A DNA stretch of 64,000 nt from Microthyrium microscopicum (Eukaryota): NCBI GenBank assembly GCA_010405405.1, contig MU004244.1, positions 809,895 to 873,894 of the forward strand. Direction: 5' to 3'. The translations under genes were made by a program, and so were the position numbers. This document shows, one piece after another, positions 1 through 12,454 of the stretch. Position 1 is the stretch's first letter, and each line of letters opens with the position of its first letter. The notes beneath the pieces are model-generated. The model saw only the letters and a program-made list of their open reading frames with translations, was not told the origin of the DNA and searched no databases.

Positions 1-506
1 GACTTATCCGGAGTGTAACAGGTCGGATGACGACGACGGCCTGAGCCAGTAAGCACACATTCTTGTCCCTTTTTGCATAGTTCGTGTCCACATTGAAATG
101 TGTCCCCTGCGAGGGGGTTCTTCACGGGCGTGTCGTCGGCAACAGAGCGGGCTTGAATAGGCGCAGTGTTTTCAACACATCTGTAAGGGAATAGCGATTC
201 TCCAGCACTTATTTTGCACTTCTTGCCAGCTGGGCATATGCCTTCTGTTTGTCCGCATAGAGGTCGCTCTGCTACAACAAGAGGCACGGTAATGGGCTCA
301 ACAGCACGAGGAATGGCCTGGCTGTAGATTTTCTGCGCGCAGTGATCTTCCTTGCCAGTGCCCGGGACGTATCTAGCGCATTCGTATCCATCTGGGCATT
401 CGACTTGATTTTTGCCGCATTTGGGTTTTGTTGGTTTAGTGTTATGTGGATCGTCGGCGAGAGTGAAGGATACACTGGCAAGCAGCGTGATGAGGATGAG
501 CTTCAT
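1..506 (-). CDS. Secreted Cys-rich repeat protein, 5' part only (runs off the window edge; absent from the ORF track)
   Basis: Manual translation from ATG 506 is open to base 1. It gives a signal peptide MKLILITLLASVSFTLA followed by three 4-Cys modules: CGKNQVECPDGYEC..C, CGQTEGICPAGKKC..C and CGHELCKKGQEC..C. A TATA-like TATATTTA lies upstream at ~568-575. Confidence 0.8.
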   Translation of the reverse strand, partial: MKLILITLLASVSFTLADDPHNTKPTKPKCGKNQVECPDGYECARYVPGTGKEDHCAQKIYSQAIPRAVEPITVPLVVAERPLCGQTEGICPAGKKCKISAGESLFPYRCVENTAPIQARSVADDTPVKNPLAGDTFQCGHELCKKGQECVLTGSGRRRHPTCYTPDK

Positions 507-1263
507 GATGGAGTGAGTTGAGAGGTTTGTTTGATGTTCATAATTACAATACGAAGATGCGGCGTGGTAAATATATGATTGTCTGCTCCATAGTACCTGT
601 GGAACGGTAAGCTGTAGAACTCAGATCTGCTTGGGGGCCAATGATCGGATGTGACAGCCTTGTTATTTTGAGCCATTGGGGATTTGATCCAATCCTGACC
701 GATCCAGATCAGCCAGTGATGGAGCAGGAATGGATTCCAGATCTTGTTAGGAGCATTTTTTCGAGCTTGATTTGGTAACTAGAATATTGTAGGATAGTGC
801 AATGCGCTGTAGATGGTGGGAACAATTTGGGACGCTCTGTGGTTGAAGATCAGCATATTTTTAGGTTTAGTTTGACAGAATAAAATGTCTGAGGGTAATA
901 TAAGACTGTTGCTCCTGTGGGTCAGATCCTACGATGATATAAATGCTTCCTTGGCTACCAAGGAGTGCAATCCCAGGGCATATTTCACCACCATAATTTC
1001 CAGATTTAGGTCTTTACCACGTGGTAAAGAACCAGATGAGCATCACCCTTCCTACCATTTGATTGGCGTGGATTTCTTCTGGATGGGGTATAAAAACTCC
1101 AGCCTCAGCCAGGTATTCCTACTTGGCATTCGCGCAGTTAATAGAAACATGAATCCAACTTACACGTGCATTGTACAACCCATCCAGTTTCAGTATGCTG
1201 CTGTTCGTACAATCCAGCCGCTCCTTTCCAGATGCCCACAGCTATGATTATCTTTAATGATGC

Positions 1264-2925
1264 TCACAGTTCAAACTCGATCGGCCCTGTTCCTCTTACA
1301 CTCTCCTCAATTAGCTCCTCGTCAATCATATCCTCCATCACTCCCATCGCCATGTCCAGATCCGAGGGCACTGGAACGTCCCCTTGGCCCAACATTGTAG
1401 CCACCACCCATGCCTTACACTCCGCCTCTTGTCGCATTTCAGTCTCCTCTGCGAGCTTCCCAGCTCCACGGTAGTATACCCCAGCATTCCCCAGTAGTGT
1501 GCCTGCACTGTTCCGCAATACAGCTGCGGCACTGTCGCGCAGAGCCAGCATCCGCCGTGCAAGTGTGATATCGCCGCGCAGCATGTACACGCGCGCTGGC
1601 GCTGGTGGTGACACATCCACCACTGATCCCGCATTGGCTGCTTGTGCTAGACACTCATCTGCACGCTCAAGTGAGCTCCATGCCAGCTGCGCGGCCTCGT
1701 CTGAGTCATCACGCTCGCGAAGCGCACTAGAAAAGTCCGCGAGGGTGTCTGCGTGCGCGAGTAAGAGAGATGGCGGGGCGTTGGCGGGCGAGGCGAAGAC
1801 AGTGGCCAGGCGCGCAGCATATGCAGGTGCATCGATAAGAGCCAAGCGGTATTCCGCGTCGGCGAGAGCGGCGCGGAAAAGGGCGGTAGCGAGCGTTGCT
1901 TCTTGTGAAGCGGCAACAAGGGGATCGATGGGCTGGGCTGTTGAACCGGAGAGAGACAAGATAGGGGATGGATCGGTGGCTAGTTGGGCAGGAGATGGCA
2001 AGGAGGATACGAGCTTCAGGTAGGTTGGTAGTTTTTCTTCAATGATCTTAGTGCCGAATGATGATAGTGCGGCTAAGGCACTAGAAGCGTGAAAGGATGG
2101 CGGAGGAGATGTCACATATAGTGATAGCAAGCTGGTAAGAGCGGAGAGAGTGGCGGATGCTGTCTCGAGAAGGGTGAGAGCAGTTATTGGCTCGGTAATC
2201 AGTGCCCATTCATCGGTATCATCAGCCTCGGGTTCAGCCATAGATTCGTCCAAATCTGTAGATGGCTGTTGTTCTGGTTGTTCTGGTCGTTGTTGTGTTC
2301 CTCTTTGTTCCTCAAATTCCATCTCTTGTCTCGTTGAGCATGACTCGAAGAGTTCAATAGCCTCTTGAAGAAACTTGATCGCCAGACCTGAAGAGTTGTC
2401 GAATTCTTCAGTCTGGCCAAGCTCTTCCGCTAGGGAAGTCAAAACCTGAGCAGTGTTGAACAAAATATCCGCATTTGTCTCATCCAATCTCATTGCATAG
2501 CGGTGCGAATCAAGTGCTTCCTGTAGTGGTTCTAATAGTGAACCAATGAGTGGGCTCAATTTGGCATCAGTAAGAACGAAATATTGAAGATGAGCTCTAA
2601 GAAATTATTAGTCCATGTTGCCGTTGTGCAGATTCAGTTCCAGACTTATTATAGGCGAGATCAAAGTCCTTGGGAAACTTCTCCAGGCCTTCATTATAGA
2701 CTGCAAGCGCTTTTTCGTAAAATCGCATTGCTTTGGTAGCATCGCCAGGTTTCCATTTACCTCCTCCACGCTCAAGCTCATCCGCTGCTTCTAGGTATTC
2801 ATTGGATGTTTGTGGGTTCTATAAGGTTGATTAGAGCCTGTAATGTTATTGGAATAGGCTCTTGTGCGCACCGTTAACGCCTTGCTCCTTCCTTTGCTCT
2901 TTGGAAATCTTTTCGAGGGTGCCAT
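1264..2925 (-). CDS. Conserved fungal helical-repeat (TPR-like, UPF0656-type) protein, 3 exons
   Basis: ATG 2925; introns 2871-2819 and 2645-2597 (GT..CTAAT..AG) join MAPSKRFPKSKGRSKALT / NPQTSNEYLEAADELERGGGKWKPGDATKAMRFYEKAL..FDLAYNK to the 431-aa ORF containing NADILFNTAQVLTSLAE. Confidence 0.75.
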
Positions 2926-5103
2926 GTTTACTGATTTGGCACATCCATACACTACTTTATCAATTCAGTAGATACTAGTAATGTGCACTGATGGATTGTA
3001 GTCGATGCAGGATGACGAAGAGGTGAGGTTGCTAAGCTGCAGGAGAACAATTTTTGGCGCTACCTTCCGAGGTTGGGCCTATTTGATTCGTTGGGATGAA
3101 GCTCAACATGAACCATGGATGAGGCTTTTCTTGTTGTACCTAGATAAATTTACATGATAACACTAGAAGAATCAATCCAATTTTATCGTACTTTCTATGC
3201 TTACGGGGTACTACAGTATAATAGATAAAGGGTCGCGTTTCGCACCAATGAGCAGATACATGCTCCCACCAAGTGCGATGTCTACCATCGCATGTTATAG
3301 AGAGCATGCTCTCTAACACCCATCGTATTCAAGATTTCAGACCTCTTCTACGTATTCAATGGAAATTAAAGTTTTCAATAACAGAGCGCAGCATGTCGGC
3401 TACAAAGAAGCTGGGAGCGCGCTATTCATTTTGTCGTCCAGTTGATGTCGATACTTTGTATTCAACTTCAAGTATTTCTCACTATCATACTACCCATATC
3501 AAATAAAGACCACGTTATGGCAATCATTACATCTTACGATAGGCGGAACTCAAAAAAGTAATACAGTACTAGTATTTTGAAAGAACTCGCAGACTTGTTG
3601 TTGCGCAAAGTGCGGACGGTTCGTTACTTGGAAGGTGGAGCGCGGCCCTCGACTACAATGTACTTACTTCAATCGATGTTTCAATCCCTGGCAGTCGGAA
3701 CAAGATGGCCGTTGGCTTGCATGTCTCGCGTGGTGGACAGGGAGGTCTAGCAATGATCAGTATGGATCAGCGACAGGCGTTGAAAACACCAACCTCTCAC
3801 CTCAACGTTAACAATTACCAGGAGTCTCTCCTATAATCCTATTGTATGTCGAAAAAACAGGCCCTGGTCATAGCTTAAGGCAAAAGAGTAGCTTATGTAT
3901 TTAACACGTCAGACAGACAAGGAAAGGGGAACTGGCTTATACACGAAATCCACATCCTGTGGTTCGCTGACTGCATAATGCATACAAAACCATGGATATA
4001 GGTTGGAAACTGAGCGTAACAATCTGAAGTATCTCAGAAAACAACCATAAGTCCGGCCCTTGGATCCGAAAGGGGCTGAAGGCAGCAGAAACAACGTGCG
4101 CTTCGCCACTGACATTGCAGCGCGGCCGCATCTCCCATGTCCTTGGAGGATGCCTTGAACGAATGATATCTTGCGAATGCGATCGGACTAGATGAGCCGC
4201 ATGCAATCATGACTGTTCTTGCTGCCGGTCAGTCCGTTGACTACTATCTCCTGAGTTCGCCCCGTTGATAACATGGAAGAATGCAGCCTGTTTAGAACGG
4301 TAAACAATCTGTAACTTATAGCTGGTTGTAAACAGTGTTCCTATTCTTGGAGAGACAATGAAGCGTGTAAGATGGACATCTCAAACGCTTTAAGTACTAC
4401 TACATAAGTGTAGTACTGAACTACTGATGCATAAGAGTGGAGGCTCAAACACATAATAGACTGAGAACAATTTGTCTACGCCTAGAGGGCAATCGAGAGA
4501 GTAAAATGGGATAAAGAGAAAGCAGTAATTTGTATTGCGACTACCGTGGGCCTTTTCTACCCCCCGTGCCCCTAGCGAGGAAAAACGCTGAAGCATCAAA
4601 TTGAAGGCCAGAGGTTGCTTTTTGGCAAAATTTTGTTGCACGCGAAAATGAAACGGAATACTTGGGCGGCGATATGAAACCAGCTTGAGCTGCTGGAAAT
4701 AATCGTTACCTGAGGTCTTGCGGCGGGTGTGGCTCCGAAGTCCATCAATGATGGTCGGGAAGCTTGCCAGGCCCCAATTCTTGATTTCACAAGCAAAAAA
4801 TCACAAAATGGTTCGTTGCGTCACTAGTATCGATTTGAACCAAAGAGGTACTTTTTGACATTGCCAGTCAACGTGGCCACCTGGCAATAGAGCAGATGGA
4901 TACTGACAGGACAATAGCGACAGAAGGTAGAAGCAGACAAAGTACTAAGAGAGGACGAGGAACTGAGTATGAAACAAATAATATCAACTTCAGAGGCCAA
5001 TACTGAAAAATAAGTTGAGCACTCCGTACATTAATGTACAGTAGAATACTGAGTAAGACGGCTGAGCATCCATAGTGGGATTAGTGCAAGAGTAACTGCT
5101 CTG

Positions 5104-5118
5104 CAACGTGTCACGTGC
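5104..5118. promoter_or_regulatory. Tandem E-box / Cbf1-type site (CAACGTGTCACGTG) upstream of eIF4G
   Basis: GTCACGTG just upstream of the pyrimidine-rich leader of eIF4G. Function is inferred only. Confidence 0.3.
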
Positions 5119-5709
5119 TTTTTAGGTCAGCACGCTTGGCCAAATTATTTTACGCTGCTTTGGCTTTTTTCCCCGACGACAAGACTTTATCCTCCTTCTC
5201 TTCTTCTTCCACACTCTCCTCTCACCCCCATCCATCTCGCTCATAATACTCAGCACGCCTTGGTTGCTGTTGAGGATTTAGGACTGGGATTTCTCATCGG
5301 CTCTCTGCTCTTTTTGCGAGACGCTTGACCTGACCCCTTTGGACTTGTTAGAACTTGTCCGGTCAAAAACTTTGACTCCCTACTCATCTAGGTTTAGGAA
5401 CCAGCCAACGGTCGGTTCCATCACCTCGAATTCTTCAGACGTCTTGTGCTGTTGACGTTCACTTCATCTGCGCCACAGTTCACTGCTGGCTCTCTTGATC
5501 ATTTGCGCGTCTTGGTTTGACACCGGCAAAGACGACTCTCCTCGTCACCTTGACCTAGCCCGACCAACGCGACCTCTCCCTCAGTCTTTTGCGGTCCACC
5601 ATCCTTTGTCCACCAAAACCTTCCCTTACTCTTCGACTTCTCACCAGTCCTATAATTTCGCGACCCTCTCACACTCCATTCTATCCATCGACTTCATATT
5701 CTCAACCTA

Positions 5710-8700
5710 ATGACATCCACACTTCCTCCCAACGCCAACCCCAATACCGCGCAGTCTGCTTCAGGTGCTCCATCTGCTCCATCTGGTACGCCCTCAGTTC
5801 GCTCATCGTACGCAAACGCTACCAAGGGCAAGCCAATCGGCGCTCCTATTGTCGCATCTAGCACTCCGCCGGCTATCGTGGGAGGGCCGGCTCAACATGG
5901 AAAAGCGAGTTCTGCTTCTCCGGTGAACGGCAAATCCGCTCCACCTGCTATTCCATCTGGCGCGCCACCAATAGTCAGCAGTGGCTCTATCGCGAACGGA
6001 GGTCAGGAAATCAAACCTTCCCCGGTCACAATCAGCGCACAAGGTACTACCGGATATCTTCCGAACGGCGGGTCAGCTGGTCAAGCCTCTAGACCAAACA
6101 TTCATTTTGGATCTATGAATCCAAGTGGGTCTCCTGCTGTCGCACCCAGCGTTCCTCATATTCCACAAAATTCCAACCTGGGAGCTCCTATGAGCAATTC
6201 AGCTAGCAGCCAGCGCTCACCATCTCCTATTCCGCAGCCGGCGCTCAGTGGTGGACGACCACCTTCAGCACCTCAAGGTCAAGGTAGTCAGCTCAACTTT
6301 GGAAATCTTGGTGGTTCAGACAACCCAGATCAGAATGTACGTTTGTCTTCTCGTTGCAAAATTATTTTAACTAACATTGAGCAGTTACGCTCATCTGCAC
6401 AACTTCCTACTGGCCCAGCCAACCTAGTTCAATCACAACATCTACGAACTCAGTCCTCGCAGTCCCAGCATAGTGACATGAGCGGTCATATGAATCGCAA
6501 TAACATGCAAGGCAACGGCCGCGGACGTGGCGGATACGCCCCTCAATATCCTGCCTCAAACCTTGCGCATTCTTCGCCTCAAATGTATCGACAGAGCCCA
6601 GCCATGGCTCCACGCAATCCTAATGTTCCTTCTTTTACACCTCAAAATTCTATGCGAGGTCCCCCTGCTTCTCCGTATCAGCAGAATCGAAGCCCAGCTA
6701 TCACTCCGGCATCAATACACGGACAACCACACATTGCAAATGGCCAGCCAGTACCACATGCCTATGGCCAATATCCACAGCATTTGGCGCCTCAAGTAAA
6801 TAACCCGATTTCTTCACGTAATACTTCGTCACAGTCTGGAGTCGCAAGTTTTGGCCGCCGCGGCGGAGGAAACTTCAATTCTATGCCCATGTCTTCGCCG
6901 GTCGAACCGCCTGTTTCTTATTTGTCAACGGACGTCTTTCAGATGTCACAAGATGAAATTTCTGCTCGATTCGCAAATGTCTTTTCTGCGCCAGGTAACA
7001 TTGAAGAGTATCTAACCTTTGTAAAGAGTGCAGGTATGTATGGTGTTCCACCCCAGGATTATTACGGTGCCTATTATGGAGCTTCACCTTACATGCAACA
7101 AAACATGATGCAATACCAAAATGCACCCGCTAGTCCGCGCTTCAATCCTGCTACCCATGGTCCTCCTCATCCTGGCTACATGCCTGGCCCATACAATGCT
7201 CCTCCTAACATGTCACGAACACCTTCTCAGCAAGGCTCTGACCGAGCAGCGTCTACTGTTCAGCAAGTCCCAACTCCACTTCCCCCGACACAGCCACCTC
7301 CAGTCGTTTCAAGCAGCCCGGCACCACCGTCTCAACCACGAAAGAGCAAGGCCATCGTGATTAAGAACGCAGATGGTGAAATTGTAGATTTGAAAAATCT
7401 CTCATCACAATCACCAGCTCCTGCGCAATCCGGTCCACCTCCAGTGGTTTCTTCTGGTCCTGGTGTACCAACTACACCGGCAGCTCCTCCGCCTCGCAAG
7501 GAGCCCGAGCCTGCTCCACAACACACACGAACGGATAGTCAACCTTCCAAATCAAGCGAAGAAACAAAGCGACTATTTGCTGAGCAGTTCAAACGACAGC
7601 TTCAGCTAGATGAGGAAGAAAAGACTAGAGCAGCGAAGGAAAAAGAGGCCGCGGCCGCCAAAGAAGTAAAGGTGGAGCCTGTTAAGACTGAACCCGAAGT
7701 CGCCAAGACTGAAGAGCCAAAGATTGAAGCCAAGGCTACAGAGCCTGCTGCTGATGATAAGGACGCCGCTGAGCGCAAACGTGTCGAAGATGAAGAGGCG
7801 TGGATCCGAGAGCTTGAAGAGCAAGAGCGCGAAGAGGAGGAGCGCGAACGTGCTTATCAAGAGAAGAAAAAGAAGCAGAAGGAGGAAGAGGCACGAAAGG
7901 AGGCTGAAGCTGCTCTCAAAGAAGATGAGGAGCTCAAGCGCCAAGAACGCGAAGCAGAAGAGCGAGAAGCAGCAAAGATTTCTGGAAAAACCGAACCAGA
8001 AACAGACAAGGCGAAAGCCGAGGATGCTAAATTGTTTGCGTCTCTCAAGCGGCCAACTCTCGGCCCTGGAGCAGAAGGCTCTGAAGTGTCTACACCAGCT
8101 TCAGAGTCCATGCCGCCTCCGCCTGTACCAACTCCCGCTGCTAGTACACCCACTCCTGTTGCAAAGTTCCAACCTGCTAAGCCCAAACCTTCGATGCTGA
8201 AGATTGAAACAACCAAAGTGGTTGAGCCTGCTCAGCCTACTGCAGGTATGCAGTCTTTGCGATCTGCGCGTTTCCTAAAGATTCAAGCCGAGGATGGCAT
8301 CTATCCCGAAGGTATTCGATCACCCAATCCTGCTCTCAATCAAGGTGGTAAGAGCCGCGGTCGCCAATACGACAAGGACTTCCTGCTTCAATTCCAGGAA
8401 GTTTTCAAAGAGAAGCCATCCGTCAACTGGGACAAGACTCTCAAAGAAACTGTCGGAGATGGAGATTCGGGTTCTGCGCGACCGCAATCAGCCCGTACAC
8501 CCTCAATGGGCGGTCGCCAGAATTCTCGTAACGCTGGTCCTGTCAATGTTATGGGATCATTTGCGGCTGGTGCTAGTGCAGCTCGTGGCACAACCTCTGA
8601 ACAGCGGTTCGCGGCGTCTAATGGCCCCTCTCGTGTCAGTGGTAGCTTCGCCAACAATCCTCTTGCACAGTTCAGCGGGGCGGGACGTGGAATGGGCTTC

Positions 8701-10274
8701 CCAATGGGTTCTCAAGCAATGAGTCGACAAGGATCTGCCCAGTCTCGAGGCCCACAAATGAACTCCCCTCGCAGTGGAAGCGGCCGAAATAGTAGCCGTC
8801 GCGACAAGAACCCTCACCAGGAGGCTGTCGCTGCCAAAAACATGCCCTTGACTGCTGGCAAGGATTTGAAGCCACTTGAACTTTCAAAGACTGGATGGAA
8901 ACCCGCATCCCTCGTTGGCGCTTCCCAGCCAGCATTGCCAGGAACACACTTGGCTCCTGATCTTGTTCAACGTAAAGTCAAGGCATCATTGAACAAGATG
9001 ACTCCAGAGAAATTCGACAAAATATCAGGCGATATCTTACAAATTGCTGCTCAATCCAAAGACGAATCGGATGGTCGTACCCTCCGCCAAGTTATTCAAC
9101 TTACCTTTGAGAAAGCCTGCGACGAAGCTCATTGGGCTTCGATGTACGCGAAGTTCTGCAAACGCATGCTGGAAACTATGAGTACCGAAATAAAGGACGA
9201 AAACGTCAAGGACAAGAATGGCCTCCCAGTTGTTGGTGGCGCCCTTTTCCGCAAATATTTACTCAATCGTTGTCAAGAAGAGTTTGAACGAGGATGGGAA
9301 CTTAATCTGCCAGCTGCACCCGAAGGTGGTGCTAGTCAAGAAGCAGTCATGCTCTCTGACGAATATTATGTTGCTGCGGCAGCCAAGCGTCGTGGCCTCG
9401 GTTTGATACATTTTATCGGCGAACTCTATAAACTCGGCATGTTGACCATTCGCATTATGCACGAATGTGTCGTCAAGCTGCTCAACTTTACTGGTCTGCC
9501 TGAAGAGTCAACTGTGGAATCCCTGGTCAAACTCCTGCGAACTATTGGTTCTACCATGGATGCAGTCGTTCCCAACGGTCGAGAAATGATTAACATGTAC
9601 TTTGATAGGATTGACAATGTCATGAAACAAGAGGCATTGCCATCCCGACTGTACTACATGCTGCTCGACACGGTTGAGCTGCGACGGAAGAACTGGGACG
9701 CAAACGATGCTGACAAAGGCCCCAAAACAATTACCGAGATTCACGAGGAAGCAGCACGAAAAGCGCAAGCTGCAGACATTGAGCGACAAAAGAATGCTCG
9801 TTTCGGAAATCGTCCTGGTGCTGGTCGCGGTGACAATCGATCGTTTTCGAACAATATGGGAGCTCCTCCACCAGACTACCCACGCAATCAAGTGGGAATG
9901 GACGATCTGAAGAAGCTTGCTGGTAGAGCTCGTCCAAACGCAGGTGGCAGTGGCTCACTAGGCCCCTCCAGCATGTTCAGCGCTTCAAGAAGCGGATCAC
10001 GACGAGGACTCGGACCTCCACGCGCTGATGACTCTGCTCCAAGCTCACGAACTGGTACTCCACCAGTCAAGGAGAAGGAGCCAACTGCCAGTGTCAATTC
10101 CTTTAGGTAAGCAAGCAATCTCCCTTAACATGATGATCCTATCTAATATCTTGTAGTATACTTGCAGATACAGGCGATGCTGACAATGAGGTTACTTCTC
10201 CTCCATCCACATCAGTGTCTCCGGCGCTTGCCAAGTCAACTCCAGCCAAATCTGGTGACGATAAGACAACTTGA
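5710..10274 (+). CDS. TIF4631: Eukaryotic translation initiation factor 4G
   Basis: eIF4E-binding motif YDKDFLL; MIF4G domain (VQRKVKASLNKMTPEKFDKI...FIGELYKL). Probable introns 6337-6384, 6796-7026 and 10107-10156; stop TGA at 10272-10274. Confidence 0.95.
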
Positions 10275-11218
10275 GGGCTTCGTACCTCGATCACTCATCC
10301 TTCTCGTCCATAATTGATTGGACGATTGTCTATGGCGCACCCAACACTGCGGATAGAGAACTTAACTTCTTCACTTGTCGCTAATATGCATTACCTCTGT
10401 CGCGACGTTGCGCAGAGCCTTTTAATCATCACCTGTACATCAGTCATCACATGCACTGTGCATTGCACCATCGGAAAACAGCGGTCAAGGAGTTAACGGC
10501 GTGGAAAAAGAAACTCTGCAGTTTCGCCATTGCATTGCACACAGTTTGCCTTTGTGCACATTCGGGGCTGGTGTGGGGAGGTTTCACTGGATATTTTTAT
10601 AGTAAGAATGGTGTTTTTCCCTCTTATCTCTTTTTTCTGTTCGCCCACCTTGCAATGTAACTTTGTTATTTCAAAAGTTTGATCTTTGTGCTCAATGATA
10701 CCACCAGAATGATATCGGCTGCTCCAGCAAGCTCTATCATTCTGAAGCATATTATGTTTGTTTCGTTCTTCTTTCGCATGCTTCTGGGCCTTCCTATTTG
10801 TTCTCCTGGCTCGCTGGCTCTTAGTGCATCTTCTTTTTCTTTTTGCTTTCTCCAGTCCATGTCTGGTTTGCCTTTGACAGGCTATTTTCAGATTTGCGTC
10901 TTCTCTACTTTCGATTCCACTGTGTAAATATTTGTTGTTCAGTATGATTTCTTCGGAGCAATCCTCATGTTGAGTTGAATGAAGTGCCTAGCCAAGGAAG
11001 GCTGCTCTTCCAGGTGGTTCTATTCAAATCAATATTGTGGTTGTTCTGGTCAAGCAATCTGGATGTTTTGACTTTTTTGATACTTTTTCAGAGTTATTCT
11101 GAATTTGTTCTAGCTATAGACGGTACTACTCTCTGGGATATGTTGATGCAGCGACATTGGTACTGTTAATCCAACTTTTCATCTTATATCTTCTTCCATG
11201 CTTCCGAAGTGATTTGAC

Positions 11219-12454
11219 TCATTCGCGTACAAACAACGATGCCATGCCCATACCTGTCCCGATACACATGGATACCACACCGAGTTGCTGCTCTTGTCTC
11301 TTCATTTCTGGTAGCAGAGTAGCCAGTTGCCTTACCCCTGTTGCCCCCAAGGGATGGCCAAGTGCAATCGCTCCACCTTTGGGATTGACCTTTTCTTCAT
11401 CAATCCCTAGCTCACGGACACAGTATACTGCTTGGCTTGCAAACGCCTCGTTGATCTCCCATATGCCTATTTCCTCCTTGCCAACCCCTGTTTGACTCAA
11501 AAGCTTGGGGATCGCCAATGCTGGCCCAATGCCCATCTCATCAGGCGCACACCCAATGACAGCAGTGCTGACCCACTTGCCAATAATATCATCAGCAAGG
11601 CCCAACTCTTCAGCAACACTCCTTCGCATCATCAAGCACGCCGCGGCCCCATCCGACACTTGGCTACTGTTCCCTGCCGTTGCCACTCCATCCTTCTTGA
11701 AGGCTGGCTTCATTGTCCCCAGCTTCTCCACAGTACTACCCGCGCGTATCCCATCATCCTTAGTTACTGTTATCTCCTCTTCGCGCTCTGGCACCTCCGG
11801 ATCCGGTCGCCACATCGTCGTAACCGGCACAATCTCCTCTTCAAACAGTCCCTTCTTCTGCGCCTCCGCTGCCTTTAGATGCGACCGCACCGCAAACTCA
11901 TCCTGCTCCCGTCGTCCCACTCCATATCTCTCTGCTACATTCTCCGCCGTCAACCCCATTGCCATGATACAGTCCCTTGCATCTTTCACCTCGCTCTCTC
12001 GTAGCTTACTCCATAAGTTCGTCGGTATCGCCCGACTCCCATAGTTCATACTCATACTCTCCATCCCACCCGCCACACCCACACCCACGCTCCCGCCCAC
12101 TATCTCCCGTGCCAGCCCACTTATCGCCTGCAGTCCGCTCGCACATGCACGATTGACTGTCATCAATGCAGAGCTCTTGGGGAACCCTGCGTGTAAGCTA
12201 GCCATGCGCCCGGCCTTGCTGCCTCCCAGCTCAGCGAGCACAGTGCCTACATGCACATCTGCTATCTGTGATGGGTCCAGGCGCGGATTTGCGGCGAGGG
12301 TGGCGCGCAGGACGGTGGCAAGGAGAGCGTGGTCATGTGTGTTTGCGAGGGGTCCGCGTTTGGCGCGGGTGACTGGTGTGCGGAGGCAGGAGAGGATTAC
12401 GGCGTCGGAGGGGTGTTTTTGGAGGATGGCGCGAGTGCCGCGAGGAAGGGCCAT
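11219..12454 (-). CDS. 3-ketoacyl-CoA thiolase (single exon, no PTS2 leader; possibly a 3-oxoadipyl-CoA thiolase type)
   Basis: Thiolase motifs VNRACASG, EINEAF, GHPLGATG and SMCIGTGMG. Confidence 0.92.
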   Translation of the reverse strand: MALPRGTRAILQKHPSDAVILSCLRTPVTRAKRGPLANTHDHALLATVLRATLAANPRLDPSQIADVHVGTVLAELGGSKAGRMASLHAGFPKSSALMTVNRACASGLQAISGLAREIVGGSVGVGVAGGMESMSMNYGSRAIPTNLWSKLRESEVKDARDCIMAMGLTAENVAERYGVGRREQDEFAVRSHLKAAEAQKKGLFEEEIVPVTTMWRPDPEVPEREEEITVTKDDGIRAGSTVEKLGTMKPAFKKDGVATAGNSSQVSDGAAACLMMRRSVAEELGLADDIIGKWVSTAVIGCAPDEMGIGPALAIPKLLSQTGVGKEEIGIWEINEAFASQAVYCVRELGIDEEKVNPKGGAIALGHPLGATGVRQLATLLPEMKRQEQQLGVVSMCIGTGMGMASLFVRE

